Below are positions 31,409 through 43,493 of a stretch of 64,000 bases of DNA, in pieces. The notes beneath the pieces were generated by a model. That model was not told the origin of the DNA, did no database searches, and saw only the letters and a program-made list of their open reading frames with translations. Within the stretch, counting starts at the first letter, position 1; every line of letters starts with the position of its first letter. Where the stretch lies: NCBI GenBank assembly GCA_937625935.1, contig OW569347.1, positions 248,001 to 312,000 on the forward strand, written 5' to 3'. This stretch comes from Tetramitus jugosus (Eukaryota > Protista > Heterolobosea). The translations under genes were made by a program, and so were the position numbers.

Positions 31409-32695
31409 CTAAGGGAGGTTGGTTGTTCGTTTCAATGATCGTTTCATTCTTGTACTGGCATTAATCTGTGTCATACTTGCGATATCTATGATGTATGAAT
31501 AGCTCTGGGAAGAGTTCATTGGAGTCAATCGCACATACAATCGATCTAGCTTCAGCTGATAGGCTCCTTCGATTTGATTTTCAATATTTGATGAGAACGG
31601 ATGCCACTGCCCTTGATCGTCCCTCCATACCCATTTGGTGGTGTTATCAGTTCGTTCGAATCGCTCAACAGTTCTAAAGTATTTTGTTTGTACATTTTCC
31701 TGAACCATGGTATTGAATACAATCTTATACTGCCCATTAATGATGGGAACACTCGGCAAATTTTGAGAATGTGCAACCTCAATTGTCTTCGTCATGTTTG
31801 CATCATACACTTTCCAAATATTGTCATCATTCCAATACCAACAGACATTGTCTCTTGAAGTAGCTTGTTGCAGGTTCTGTGATTGCGTATTGGAAACAAT
31901 GGGGGATTGTGAACCCAATTGATACATGCTCCATACACTGGACGACGGGGATGATGACTGAACAGGTGAAGGACTGTTGTTGACACTGGAATTGAGACTC
32001 CTTATTGGGCTACTCGATGCACTACTATTCGTAGTCGCTTTGGTTACATTTTCATCCTTGTATTGTTGGTCTTGTTGTAGTTTGAAAGCATCTTGCTCAG
32101 ACTTACTCAAATAGAGCGAAACATAGTCTTCCAGCATGTCTTTGATCATGGCAACTTCAACAAAGTAGGAGGAACTCGATGATGGAGATTGTTGTGATGT
32201 TGGTGTTTGCTGAGGCAACACCGAAATGTTTTGCTTACAGATGGGACACGGGATTTGAGTTGGTGGTTGAGAAGTGCTCTGATAACTTTGTCTGATCACT
32301 CTCTGCGAATAAGGGCTACGAGAAGGGCTCGTCAAAGAACTGTCATTGACCAGATTATCAATATAAGCCTGGATATTCTTCTTATCGAACGTATGACCGC
32401 AAGTAACGAGTGAAACAGGTCGAATCATCAGAGATCGACCAATAGGACACTCCAACCTTTGAGTCAATCTCTTTTGTTGCAGGGCACGATGTTTCTTGAG
32501 CTTGAGTGTCTCTGTGTCAATCTTTCGCTTCTTTGAGCTTGTTTTCACTTTTTCATCCATTTCATTGTTGCCTTCGTTGACGTCATCACCATTGTTGTTA
32601 TCCTGTTCACCAGTGTTGTCCAATTTACCCTTACCTTTGTTTGACTGGGAAAATTGAAAGTAGTCCATTTCGTTGTCATCCTCAGAATGATTCAT
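31409..32695 (-). CDS. RING/U-box plus tandem WWE protein
   Basis: ECPI...CGHTF...CPIC; WYWNDDNIWKVYD and WVWRDDQGQWHPFS, each followed by MxQxN..T..R. Confidence 0.85.
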   Translation of the reverse strand: MNHSEDDNEMDYFQFSQSNKGKGKLDNTGEQDNNNGDDVNEGNNEMDEKVKTSSKKRKIDTETLKLKKHRALQQKRLTQRLECPIGRSLMIRPVSLVTCGHTFDKKNIQAYIDNLVNDSSLTSPSRSPYSQRVIRQSYQSTSQPPTQIPCPICKQNISVLPQQTPTSQQSPSSSSSYFVEVAMIKDMLEDYVSLYLSKSEQDAFKLQQDQQYKDENVTKATTNSSASSSPIRSLNSSVNNSPSPVQSSSPSSSVWSMYQLGSQSPIVSNTQSQNLQQATSRDNVCWYWNDDNIWKVYDANMTKTIEVAHSQNLPSVPIINGQYKIVFNTMVQENVQTKYFRTVERFERTDNTTKWVWRDDQGQWHPFSSNIENQIEGAYQLKLDRLYVRLTPMNSSQSYSYIIDIASMTQINASTRMKRSLKRTTNLP

Positions 32696-32819
32696 TGTTT
32701 AGATTGTTGTTTGGTTCTTTTTTTCTGGAAGTTTTTGAGAGGTGAAGTGTTTGTGACGGCGATTAGAAACTCCTTGACAACTGCAGGAAACTCAAACAAA
32801 ACTATTTATATTGAACATG

Positions 32820-33776
32820 TCAGTACAATCTTGGGGGTGAGAATATCTGAGGATACATGGATGAGTGGGTTGGATCTGGTTCACAAAATTGGAATGGGAG
32901 TGGAGGTGCTGAAGGTGTCTGATCTGGTAAGAATGGAGTGAACGGTAGGGAGGGCTGGTTGTTGGCAGAGTTGTCGTACTGGGGCACAAAGTTGTAGTCA
33001 GGAGTAACCTTCAAGTTCATTCCAATGGGCCAGTTTGGTCCTGGGTGAGTTGGCATTCGTTTCTCTTCTGTGAGAACTCCAGGAAGGAACTTTGAAGGAG
33101 CAGAGGGACCACAGTTCACCTTGTACATGTACTGGTTTGGTTCTGGTGATTGGCGATTCAAGGAAGGAGAGGGAGTGTGCGAAGGAACTTCCAGCAATGG
33201 AGAGTGGCTGGGAGGAGCAGATGGAACAACAGGGGAGGGATCTGTTGTTCGATTGAATTCAGAGGGCAATCCGAAATCTTGAGCTGTAAGTTCTATCGAA
33301 ATTGATCCTCTGCTGGCTTCATTTAACGGAACAGTCATCAGGCAAGGTCGCCCCTGAATCAGTTGATTAAGAGCTATGACACAACATCCCAGAAAATCAT
33401 CTCTCTTGAACCGGTCAAAATCAAACACAGAAATAACGAGAACCATCTGAGAAGGAGAGTTCAGCTGTTGTCCATTGTTTATATTGGGTGCAGGATTCTG
33501 TCGGTTGATACGAAACTCAAACGATTGATTCCACACTGGATCCAACGTTTGAGGCACTGTGTGAGAACGCAAAATAGAAGATCCCAGTCTCAATTCACAA
33601 TAAGGATCTGAGTAACCTGTAACATCTCCCACCATGAGATGATGACCTGCGATGAGTCTCACAGTGAGGTGATAAAATTCCTCTGGGTTGCTGCGTTCTT
33701 GTGGTTGTGCTGGGGGAAGTGGAGTCGGTTGCAACACGGACTGATGGATGTGTGAATGAAAATGGCCTCTGAACAT
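32820..33776 (-). CDS. C2-domain protein with Pro-rich tail
   Basis: DVTGYSDPYC, TLDPVWNQSF, VFDFDRFKRDDFLG. Confidence 0.88.
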   Translation of the reverse strand: MFRGHFHSHIHQSVLQPTPLPPAQPQERSNPEEFYHLTVRLIAGHHLMVGDVTGYSDPYCELRLGSSILRSHTVPQTLDPVWNQSFEFRINRQNPAPNINNGQQLNSPSQMVLVISVFDFDRFKRDDFLGCCVIALNQLIQGRPCLMTVPLNEASRGSISIELTAQDFGLPSEFNRTTDPSPVVPSAPPSHSPLLEVPSHTPSPSLNRQSPEPNQYMYKVNCGPSAPSKFLPGVLTEEKRMPTHPGPNWPIGMNLKVTPDYNFVPQYDNSANNQPSLPFTPFLPDQTPSAPPLPFQFCEPDPTHSSMYPQIFSPPRLY

Positions 33777-33929
33777 GTCAAGCGATCTGTATTCTATGGT
33801 TTGTTATCAAGTTATACAACTGGTTTTTGAGGGAACATCAAACGAGGAGTCGCCGAATTCCGCCCTATTTTTTCTTAATTTCTCCGATTGAACGAATCGC
33901 AGAAAAATATTTTTGACGTAGGAGTCAAC

Positions 33930-35210
33930 ATGTCCTTCCCTCATTATGAATTCATGGAGTTGGCTCACAGAGAGCAATACGGTGGAGAAACATTTGTTGC
34001 TTCTCAATTCATTCCGTTCGGTACTGTTCTGGCATCAGATGACCTGCTTTTCATGTGGAAAAAGTCTCAAAACGAACAAAAGTACATGACTAACATTTGC
34101 TCTAGTTTTTTGGTGTGTGAAGAGCATGTGCGAGCGGAAATTGTCCAGTTTTATGCGCCAAGTGAACTCATTGAAAGCATTGAAAAATCACTTGTTGCAA
34201 CGTATTCGGATGCCGAACAGAGACAATTGTTGGCAAAGGTGGTTGCCGTCTGTAGAATCAACAGCTATGAGCTGTCGAATCAAACTGTAGCTCTGTACAG
34301 AGTCGGTGCCAAGGTTTCCCACTCGTGTGCTCCAAATGTTGCTTATCATATGAATGATAAGAAACAAATGGTTGTGATTGCGCAAAAGGAAATTCAAGAG
34401 GGAGAGGCCATCTGTGCCTCTTACATTCCTGATGCAATCCGATTCCAATCGGCCAAGAACAGAGATGCCTATATCGCGCCACGTCGATACTATCACTGTG
34501 GATGTGATCGATGCGTTGGACCTGATTTGAGTCGTGTTGTCAAGTGTCTCAAGTGTCAAGAAAAGGCTATCAGAGACTCCAAGGGTGGTCTCTGGAAGTG
34601 TGACAAGTGCATCTCAAAGAATGAGTCAGGGTTGTTCAAGGATGAAGAAATGATGTTGGATAGAGAGGAGAAGTTGGAGAAGCTTGCACTGTCCAACCTG
34701 GAAATGTTGGAGAAACAAGATGTGGATTTAGATGGATTTGTTGAAGGTGCTTTGAAGGTGTTGGACGAGCAGCATTGGGTCATTGGCCTGACAAGACAAA
34801 TGCAGTTCGAAAAGAGTTTATTTATTGCATTTTACGCTAGCCAGCCAAACGCTGTTGAGTTTGACAAATTGGATCTCTATCTGTCTTACTTGAACAACTC
34901 TGGCATTGGTGTGACCATTTATATGGATCAGATGGTTTCATGGTGCATCCAAATGTCCAAGATGAATCTCTCAACACAGGGCATTAGTGCCATGAGAGAT
35001 TTCGCACGACACATCCACAAGTATTGGACGATATACTTTGGAAAGAATGATCAACATGTGCTGCGCCTTGGAAGTATTGCTAGTATCTGTGCAGAATGCA
35101 ACAAGGAATCCAATGATTTGAAGCGCTGTGCAAGATGTAAATCGATTGTGTACTGCAGTCCAGCATGTCAGAGAAGCAATTGGCCACAACACAAACTTTC
35201 ATGCAAATAA
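33930..35210 (+). CDS. SET-domain methyltransferase (SMYD-like) with C-terminal MYND finger
   Basis: SHSCAPN, GEAICASY, CGCDRC, CAEC..CARC..YCSPACQRSNWPQHKLSC. Confidence 0.9.
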   Translation: MSFPHYEFMELAHREQYGGETFVASQFIPFGTVLASDDLLFMWKKSQNEQKYMTNICSSFLVCEEHVRAEIVQFYAPSELIESIEKSLVATYSDAEQRQLLAKVVAVCRINSYELSNQTVALYRVGAKVSHSCAPNVAYHMNDKKQMVVIAQKEIQEGEAICASYIPDAIRFQSAKNRDAYIAPRRYYHCGCDRCVGPDLSRVVKCLKCQEKAIRDSKGGLWKCDKCISKNESGLFKDEEMMLDREEKLEKLALSNLEMLEKQDVDLDGFVEGALKVLDEQHWVIGLTRQMQFEKSLFIAFYASQPNAVEFDKLDLYLSYLNNSGIGVTIYMDQMVSWCIQMSKMNLSTQGISAMRDFARHIHKYWTIYFGKNDQHVLRLGSIASICAECNKESNDLKRCARCKSIVYCSPACQRSNWPQHKLSCK

Positions 35211-35308
35211 AGCGAGAGAAGGAGGAGAATCGGTATTACGGTCGGGCATGACAATTTTCTTGACATGTGTGTTTCTGTTAGTGAAATAATATCTTGAACG
35301 AAAAAAAG

Positions 35309-36499
35309 ATGTCAACAACAATGATCAGCAAAGCCCCTTTTTGGTTGCTACTCTCTGTCCTTTCGACCATCTTCTTGCAATATGGTTCATGTCAACTAGA
35401 TCATGTTCGATTACTTAATGGTCGTTTTGATACTGATGCTTTTCCCTCCATGGTTCAATTCTCGTGGTCTGCCACATCCTTTGCTGCCGATCTCAATTGC
35501 ATCGTGACTCGTCAGGGTATTTTGCGTAATATCACGGTAGAGTTGGTCATGTCTGATTATGGAAATTGGTATAATGTTGAGTTGTTTGCTGCGTCTCCTT
35601 CTGGTGCAGGTGGCAAGTTGTTGGCCAATCGAACAATCAGTACAACAAATGCTGTCAAGAGCAAGTACATAACTGGGTTTGATCAGATTCCTAGTTATGG
35701 TCAATATGTAGTGAGAGTTACCAAGAGAACAGAAGGATATTTTGGTGCTGTTCAATTGTTTCAATTTGTGGCCCGTTCAAACGACGGCTCATGCTCCACA
35801 GGTGTTGCCCAGGGAGTTAAATTGCAGAAACGAGTGAGCCCTCCATTGAAGATTGAATGGATTGGAGATTCTTTGAGTTGTGCCTTTGGTATTGAAGGAA
35901 AATCACCTTGCAACTTTAGTCCCAACACAGAGAATGCACAAGAGTCATTTGTTGTCAAAGCTTCATTGAGTCTTGATCCAGATGCCATCTATAATGTAGT
36001 GTGTTATTCAGGAAAGGGTGTTGTCAGAAATTATGCTGATAAGAAACAGATGAGCGCTGATCCCATGCCCGCATACTATAACAAAACTCTGACAACTAGA
36101 AACATTTTATGGGACTTTAAGTCTTATGTTCCAGATATTGTTGTGATCACTCTGGGAGGAAATGATTTTAGTACTGAACCCAGACCGAGCTTCGAGCAAT
36201 ATTCTCATGGGTACAATCAACTCATTGATTATGTGCAAAACGTGTATGGTCACAAGAAGATTCCCATTGTGACTGTCTGTGGCCCACTTTCTTGGGATTG
36301 TTTCGGAGATTATACACAAAAGGTTGTGGAACAGAGAGGGGATGATAGTGTCTACTTTGTCAGCTTGGCGGGTGTGTTGGATGGACAGGACCCTGGCCCA
36401 GACTATGGTTGTAGTGGTCATCCTTCTGTGCAAGGTTCAGTCAAGATGAGCGTCAAACTCAGCAGTCACCTTCGAAACATCTTGGACCGACATCAGTGA
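35309..36499 (+). CDS. secreted SGNH hydrolase, carbohydrate esterase family 2-like
   Basis: Signal peptide; FSWSA, KRTE, IGDSLSCAFG, SGKGVVRNY, LGGNDF, GCSGHPS. Confidence 0.85.
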   Translation: MSTTMISKAPFWLLLSVLSTIFLQYGSCQLDHVRLLNGRFDTDAFPSMVQFSWSATSFAADLNCIVTRQGILRNITVELVMSDYGNWYNVELFAASPSGAGGKLLANRTISTTNAVKSKYITGFDQIPSYGQYVVRVTKRTEGYFGAVQLFQFVARSNDGSCSTGVAQGVKLQKRVSPPLKIEWIGDSLSCAFGIEGKSPCNFSPNTENAQESFVVKASLSLDPDAIYNVVCYSGKGVVRNYADKKQMSADPMPAYYNKTLTTRNILWDFKSYVPDIVVITLGGNDFSTEPRPSFEQYSHGYNQLIDYVQNVYGHKKIPIVTVCGPLSWDCFGDYTQKVVEQRGDDSVYFVSLAGVLDGQDPGPDYGCSGHPSVQGSVKMSVKLSSHLRNILDRHQ

Positions 36500-36626
36500 A
36501 CATTATGTGATGTTCGAATGGATCAACAGAATCGGGATCTGATCAACCACGAGCCTAAAAATAGAGAATGAAAATGAATACAATCGTACTTTTTCTTTCA
36601 TCAAAAAAGGGACACACTTCTAGAAA

Positions 36627-37535
36627 ATGGAATCTCGCGATTATGTTTCATTGGTGGTTCAGTCCATCCACGTTGGTTTGCTGTGTATACTGATATTAAC
36701 TCAACTCACAATACTTGTCTGGATCAGGAAAAGATCTGACGTGACATACCTCACGTATAAAACCAGCCGAAACTCTCTCGTCTATCTCTTGTTTGGAACA
36801 TCGATCAGTTTGAGTCTTGTTGTTCTCAGTATGCTTGCGCAGTCTGGCCATTGGTCATTTCTTCCCATTGGAACTTGGAATTTCATGGATCGGTTGATTG
36901 GTGATACGATATTGTTGTCCATTCTACTGTGGACCTCGAAATTGCACATGGATCAAATGATACAAGTTTGTCACAAGAAGGTTCGAATCCCATCGGGTCA
37001 AGCGTGTAACAGATGTCGGGCTGTTCTCCGTTTTATGATCATGGGAAGTTGGAGTGTGGCCGTAGTAACAATTGGAATGAATATGTTTGTTCGCTACTAC
37101 GGTATCAAAGATCGTAAGAGTACTTGGTATCAGTTGAATGCAGTAGTGAGTTATCTGTGGCTGGCTCTATGTTTGTTGAACATTGTGTCTGTGGCAGCGA
37201 TAGCGACATCATTCGGTTCCATATATATCGTTCTCAAACGGTTGCAGAGTCAGGTATATGACAAGAGAATCAAGAACCTTATCTACATGATCTTGTTCAC
37301 TTTACCTCTGTTGAGCATCAGAATCGATTGTGCTATTTTCGAGAGAACAGCCACGAATTTATCCTTCGACTCCAAGCCTAGACTCGTAAAAGCAACCTGG
37401 ATCCTACTGAGGGACAGATTGGACTATTTCGCACTCGCTTTCATGACAATAGCAATCTCTCCCATCATGAACAGAGCTTCTCACCTCGGTTTTGGTGGGA
37501 AGCTTCACTGGCTCTTCTCGCGAAACTTCGAGTAA
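36627..37535 (+). CDS. 6-7 TM membrane protein, GPCR-like topology
   Basis: Alternating hydrophobic segments; no family motif recognised. Confidence 0.65.
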   Translation: MESRDYVSLVVQSIHVGLLCILILTQLTILVWIRKRSDVTYLTYKTSRNSLVYLLFGTSISLSLVVLSMLAQSGHWSFLPIGTWNFMDRLIGDTILLSILLWTSKLHMDQMIQVCHKKVRIPSGQACNRCRAVLRFMIMGSWSVAVVTIGMNMFVRYYGIKDRKSTWYQLNAVVSYLWLALCLLNIVSVAAIATSFGSIYIVLKRLQSQVYDKRIKNLIYMILFTLPLLSIRIDCAIFERTATNLSFDSKPRLVKATWILLRDRLDYFALAFMTIAISPIMNRASHLGFGGKLHWLFSRNFE

Positions 37536-37592
37536 AAGCAAGAACCCAAAAAGCTGACCAAAACAAACAGATAAAAACAATGTTCACGCAAA

Positions 37593-40500
37593 ATGAACCA
37601 CAATAACAGTCGTCAGCATGATAGCACTGACCAAAGTGTTTTTCAACTCAGTTTGGTCACTCTTGAGCACACAATGATGAAACCATTGTCCTCAATGGAT
37701 CACACGACATGTGCATTTTTTAACAACAGAGCTATTCTGTCTGTGCCAGTGATCCACATCTATGGTTCGACACCTGCTGGTCAAAAAACTTGTCTCCACG
37801 TACACAAGTGCTTGCCCTACTTTTTTATTCCGTTTCCTGTGGTCACAGGAACAGCAACAGCATTGAATGGTGGGGTTGGTGTTGGTACCAACAACAACAA
37901 CCAAATATCTCTGGAACAAGTTAGGAAGCAACATCAGAGCTTCGCTTATCATTTGGCAGTAGAACTGGAACGAGTAATGGAACAGAAGCGATTATTGCAG
38001 CAGCAACATTACTATCGGCAGAACCAGTCAAACAATAATAATAGTAATAATAATAATAGAAATCAACCTCGTCAGTATATTCATGATGTGGTGCTCGTCA
38101 GAGGAATTCCATTCTATGGTTATTGGCAGAAACAAGAGCTGTTCATGAAGGTATTTGTGTAAGTGATTCAATTGTTTGTTTTTCTGTGTGTCATTTGTTT
38201 TCCATAATCTATGAATGGGATATTTCAACGTTGCAAAGAACAAGCAACTTACGGGAACTGGCTTTGATGTGTACTATATAATTATGCAGTTACAATCCCT
38301 CGGATGTGAAAAAGATGGCTGATATACTACAGAGTGGAAGTATCATGAGACAAAAGTTTCAACCATATGAAGTCCATATTCCCTATCCATTGCAATTTAT
38401 GATTGATCACAATATTTATGGTATGGGTCAGATTCAGTTGCGCAAGGCATATTTTAGAGTGCCCTTGCCCGTCTTATTCCAACCAGATAAGCTGATGAAT
38501 CCACAATTGGTGATATCGCCAGACAGTGTGAAGCAAAATGAATCTGACGATATTTCCTCGACAAACAAGTTGGAAGGACAAGAGAGGACACATCTATATC
38601 TCAAAGATACTGTTCCGATGGATATGTGGCTTTCTGGACGGATCGATCGATTGAGCTACAGTGATTTGGAAGTGGATGCTCTGGATGAAGATATTCTAAA
38701 CATCTTGCAGATTAGCAATGAGCCTATTCAAACAAATAATCATCACGTCAGCTTGGTTCAGAGTCTAAGTGTAATATGGGAGGAGGAAAGGAGTCGCAGA
38801 AAAACAATGGGAATACCTTCACACATGACCTCTGCTACTCCTTCTCAACCTCGCTCGTCTCCCATTATTACGGAGATTCAAAATGCCATGATCTCTAGAT
38901 TATCAGAGATCGTGCGAGAAGAAGAAGCAATAACCTCGACTGAACAAGACTCAACACATCCAAAACTACTAGAGCAATATCCTGCGTCGTATGAGTTATA
39001 TTGTCATCTCACATGTCCAACAGAGAATGACCTCAACAACAAGCTCACAGAAACAGAGTTCAATAACGTAAATGATGACGATTTAGAGATGTTGGATATC
39101 CTGGATTGGATGAAGGAACAGGAAGAAGACGAACAAATCGATATCAATGACCCAGATGAATGGGAGCTGAATGACATTGGGGAAATTATCGATAGACAAT
39201 CGCACGAACATGAAGAACAAATTCGCTCTCAACAGGAGAGTAAGGATATTCTTCAGTCGTATTATGAAGAAACACAGAATCAGAGAGAACAAGAAGAACT
39301 TATTCACAAACAATCTTTGAGTGACCTCGCTATCCCACAACTGGATGGGATAGGCGAAGATAGCATCATCTTTCATGACAGTACACCCAAAAAGAAGTTA
39401 AAAGTCTCGTATTCTATCGGGCATTGTGTGTACTTGCGACCACCTGACTATAAACAAGGTGAGGAACTCTATGTAGGTCTCATCGAATCAATATCTGGAT
39501 GCCAGACGACGGTCAAGATTCGATGGTTCTTACGACCTCAAGAGCTACCTAGGGGAAATGAGCACTGGCACTCGGCTAACGAGTTATTCATTTCAAAGTA
39601 TGTATTCACCCTTTGCTGTTCTCTTAATATGCTTACTGACTTCTCAATTCCATAGTATGAGCGATGAAAATTCTATCGGAGCCATTGTATCATTGGTCAG
39701 CGTCAAACTCTGTTCCATGATTGAACAATATTCGGATCTTTCTATTTCTGTAGGAGAGCAACTACCTCATCTTGAATTAGGAGATGACGTGTTTGTTTGC
39801 AGACTTGCATATGATACTCTTTCGTGCCAATATGTGTCCATTCCTAAAGACGTAGAAGGATTGCTTGGTTTGTACGAAGAGAATGACCAAGATATGGATG
39901 ATGGACAAGCAGCAGTTTTATCCACAACAAATGATAGTGACAAGAATAGTGTGGATGATGATCCACCACAGCAGCATCTCAGAGAAGACGAGCAACAAGA
40001 AGCTTCTCGACCAACAGCGGATGAGTTGTTCAATGGTTTTTGGCAGAGAGATCCAGAGACAGAAAGAGACAAGAACGAAGAGAATCCCAGATTAGATGAA
40101 TCATCTATCTTAGACCTCAGTCCCGAACAACCTGAAGATCCTCCTTCCAAAATTTTACACCACTCCTTTGTCACTCTGAATTACAATGAAATACCACCCA
40201 CTCCAGAAGACAAAACAATCCACAAGAAAGTATACTACAGCAGACACACAGATTATGTACAAGGAGACAAAGCTTCTACTCTTCGCTTTCGTGGACTTGG
40301 TTTGTCCAAAAAGCAAGTATTTCCTCGTTCCATGGATGACTCAGCCCTTCCATTTTACAAGCCAAAATCGACATCAGTTGAGAGAAGACGTATAGATCAG
40401 CGAGACCGAACAATGAATAATTGTTTGTTGTGCTTAGAGTATTCTCTGCCTCCTCCAATTCGCTCTGTTGTTTGCAAACCCAGTGAACTGATTATTGAAT

Positions 40501-43424
40501 CCAAAGAACCTGAGCCTGTGGATATGGACTTGATTGATCGTCCTCCATCACCCAAGTGGGATGAAGCCATGGGATTTACCTCTACGATCACTCAGAGTGG
40601 ATCAATCCGGAATGCCCTCAATTTTTCCCAAATTCCAGCAACTCTAAAAGCACCCTCACAGGATCGTGTTCTGGATAAAGAGGTTAAGGCACTTAACGCA
40701 AATTTTGTATCTCCTGTGAGAATGAGGAAGGCGATGACTTACTCACCCTTGAGTGCTCCTGAAGATACCTCCATTAGAGTTCAGAATGCCCAAAAAACAT
40801 CACGAATACTGCTCAAACAGAAGAATCAACTACGTCAAAGTTTGTCTTGTTTGAGTATTGAAATTCATACAACAACGAGGATGAACTTGCGACCGAATCC
40901 AATGTTTGATCCGATAGAAGCCATATTTTTTTCTACACAAAGGAATGCCCAAGAACCTGAGTATAATAATGGCATTCTTATGGTTGAACATGAAGATCAA
41001 CCGAGATACAATGAACCATGTGAATGTCTAAAATTCTATCCATCTGAAAAAGCGCTACTGATTGCATTGATTGACCTCATCCAATCATTCGATCCTGATA
41101 TTGTCTTAGGATTTGAGGCTCAAACTCAGAGTCTTGGCTACATTATTGAGAGATCTTCCGTTATTCTTGGCTACAATGTCTGCAAAAAGATATCTCGAGC
41201 AATCCACAAAGACTTACACAACGAGCATTTGCACTTTCGAGATGAGTGGGGCCGCATGAAACAGAGCGGCATCCACATTCGTGGTCGAATAGTAATGAAC
41301 GTATGGAGAGCGATGAGATACGAAGCCAAACTTAATATCTATTCGTTCGAAAATGTCATGTTTCATGTCTTGGGTCGTAGAGTCCCTCATCTGAGCTATC
41401 AAACTCGAACAACTTGGTACATGGTCAGTGATACTAATAATACTACCCTTCAGCATCGTTCAACCATTATACAATACTACGAAAAACGAACTAAAGCGAA
41501 TCTTGAGCTATTATACCATCTGGATTTTGTGAACAGAACTGCTCAACTGGCCAAGGTGTATGGTATCGAATTTTTTAGTGTAATATCGAGAGGTTCGCAA
41601 TATAAGGTCGAAAGTATGATGATCAGATTGGCTAAACCCCGCAATTATGTAATGATGTCCCCAAGTAGAGAACAAGTTCGACAACAAAATGCAATTGAAT
41701 GTATACCGTTAGTTATGGAACCATCAAGCAAACTTTACTCTAACCCAGTGATAGTGTTAGATTTTCAATCGTTGTATCCCTCAATTATAATTGCGTATAA
41801 TCTATGTTTCTCCACATGTTTAGGAAAGGTTGAGCAAAAGAGTACTAAGCGTCTTGGTGCTCTTCAAAATTATATTTTACCCAAGGGAGCACTTAATGAA
41901 CTGAAAAATGATATTCTAATAGCTCCCAATCGAGTTATGTATGTCAAGGATTCTGTTCGCCCTGGTGTCCTTCCAAGAATGTTACGAGAAATCTTAGATA
42001 CAAGAGTAATGATCAAAAGGGCGATGCAGTCGCTCAAAACTCAAGATCTTCCGGCTCAAGAGAAAGAAATCATGTATAGAAATCTCAACGCTCGGCAATA
42101 TGGCTTGAAAATGCTTGCTAATGTCACATATGGATATGCCTCGGCAAGTTATTCAGGAAGAATGCCGATGTCTGACCTCGCCGATTCTATTGTCCAAATA
42201 GGTCGCTGCACCCTAGAGCAAGCAATACAAACTGTTTCTGAACAATTTTCTCGATACGGGGCGAGAGTAGTGTATGGTGATACAGATAGTTTATTTGTTG
42301 AAATGGTTGGAGCATCTCGCGAACGAGCCTTTGAAGTGGGTAAAAAGATTGCAGAGGCTGTCACAGCCCAAAATCCTCACCCTATGAAACTTCAATTTGA
42401 AAAAGTATTTCATCCATGCATGTTAGTTACGAAAAAGCGATATGTTGGATACTCGTATGAGAGTGCACATCAAAAGGAACCAATATTTACTGCCAAGGGA
42501 ATAGAAACTGTTCGAAGAGACAACTGTGGTATTGTTGGCAAAATGATGGAAAAGTGCTTACGAATCGCATTTGAAACAAAAAATGTTTCAGAGGTGAAAC
42601 AGTATTGTGTCCAGCAGTGGGATAAAATACTGCAAGGGAGAATAAGTTTGAAGGACTTCGTGTTCGCTAAAGAAGTAAAGTTTGGGACATACAGCGAACG
42701 AGGAACACTACCACCAGCAGCAATTGTTGCTCAGGAAGAAATGAAAAAGGATGCACGTGCGGAACCTCTGTATGCTGAGAGAATTCCTTACCTTGTTGTT
42801 TATGGTGATCCTGATGCTCGTCTAATTGACATGGTGATGAATCCTCATCGCTTTCTCGAACTTGAACAAAGTGGAAAGAATATTAGAATTCATAGTACAT
42901 ATTATATCACTAAGCAGATTATCCCTGCTCTAGATCGTTTATTCAGCTTGATTGGAGTAGATGTGAAGAGTTGGTACAACGAAATGTCAAAGAAATCAAG
43001 ATTTGGGTGGAAACAACATGCGATTACCGGTCGAGGAAAGAAGAATCAAACTCTCGATGCATTTTATGGGACTCGTTTTTGTCTTGTATGTGAAAGTGGA
43101 ATCATTAATTACAGAAAGATATCGAAAAATGGAATTAACGAATCTAGTCTTACCGATGTTATTTGTCGTGGCTGTCTGAACAGCTTGCAATTGACCAGTG
43201 TTTGGTTGCATTCACGCTATCGAGAAGTTGACAACCATCAAAGGATACTGAATAGAGTTTGCTCCTCATGCCTATTTGGATCTTATAATCCAAGTATGAT
43301 CCAACAGTGCGACTCACTAGATTGCAAGGTGATGTATGTGCAGAGGAGAACAACAAGTCAACTAAAATCACTGAATCAACTATTCGATCACTTTAGTGTT
43401 GATAGTCCGGAAGACTGGTTTTAA
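37593..43424 (+). CDS. REV3: DNA polymerase zeta catalytic subunit, 3 exons, with internal BAH domain
   Basis: GQKTCLHVH, RGSQYKVES, LDFQSLYPS, ANVTYGY..SGRMP, YGDTDS, KGIETVRRD, C-terminal Cys clusters; introns 38159-38289 and 39598-39655. Confidence 0.95.
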
Positions 43425-43493
43425 TAACTCGAGTTGATTGATCTGGAACCTGCCCTCTAAAATCATATCCATTAATAATGTGACACATATTCA

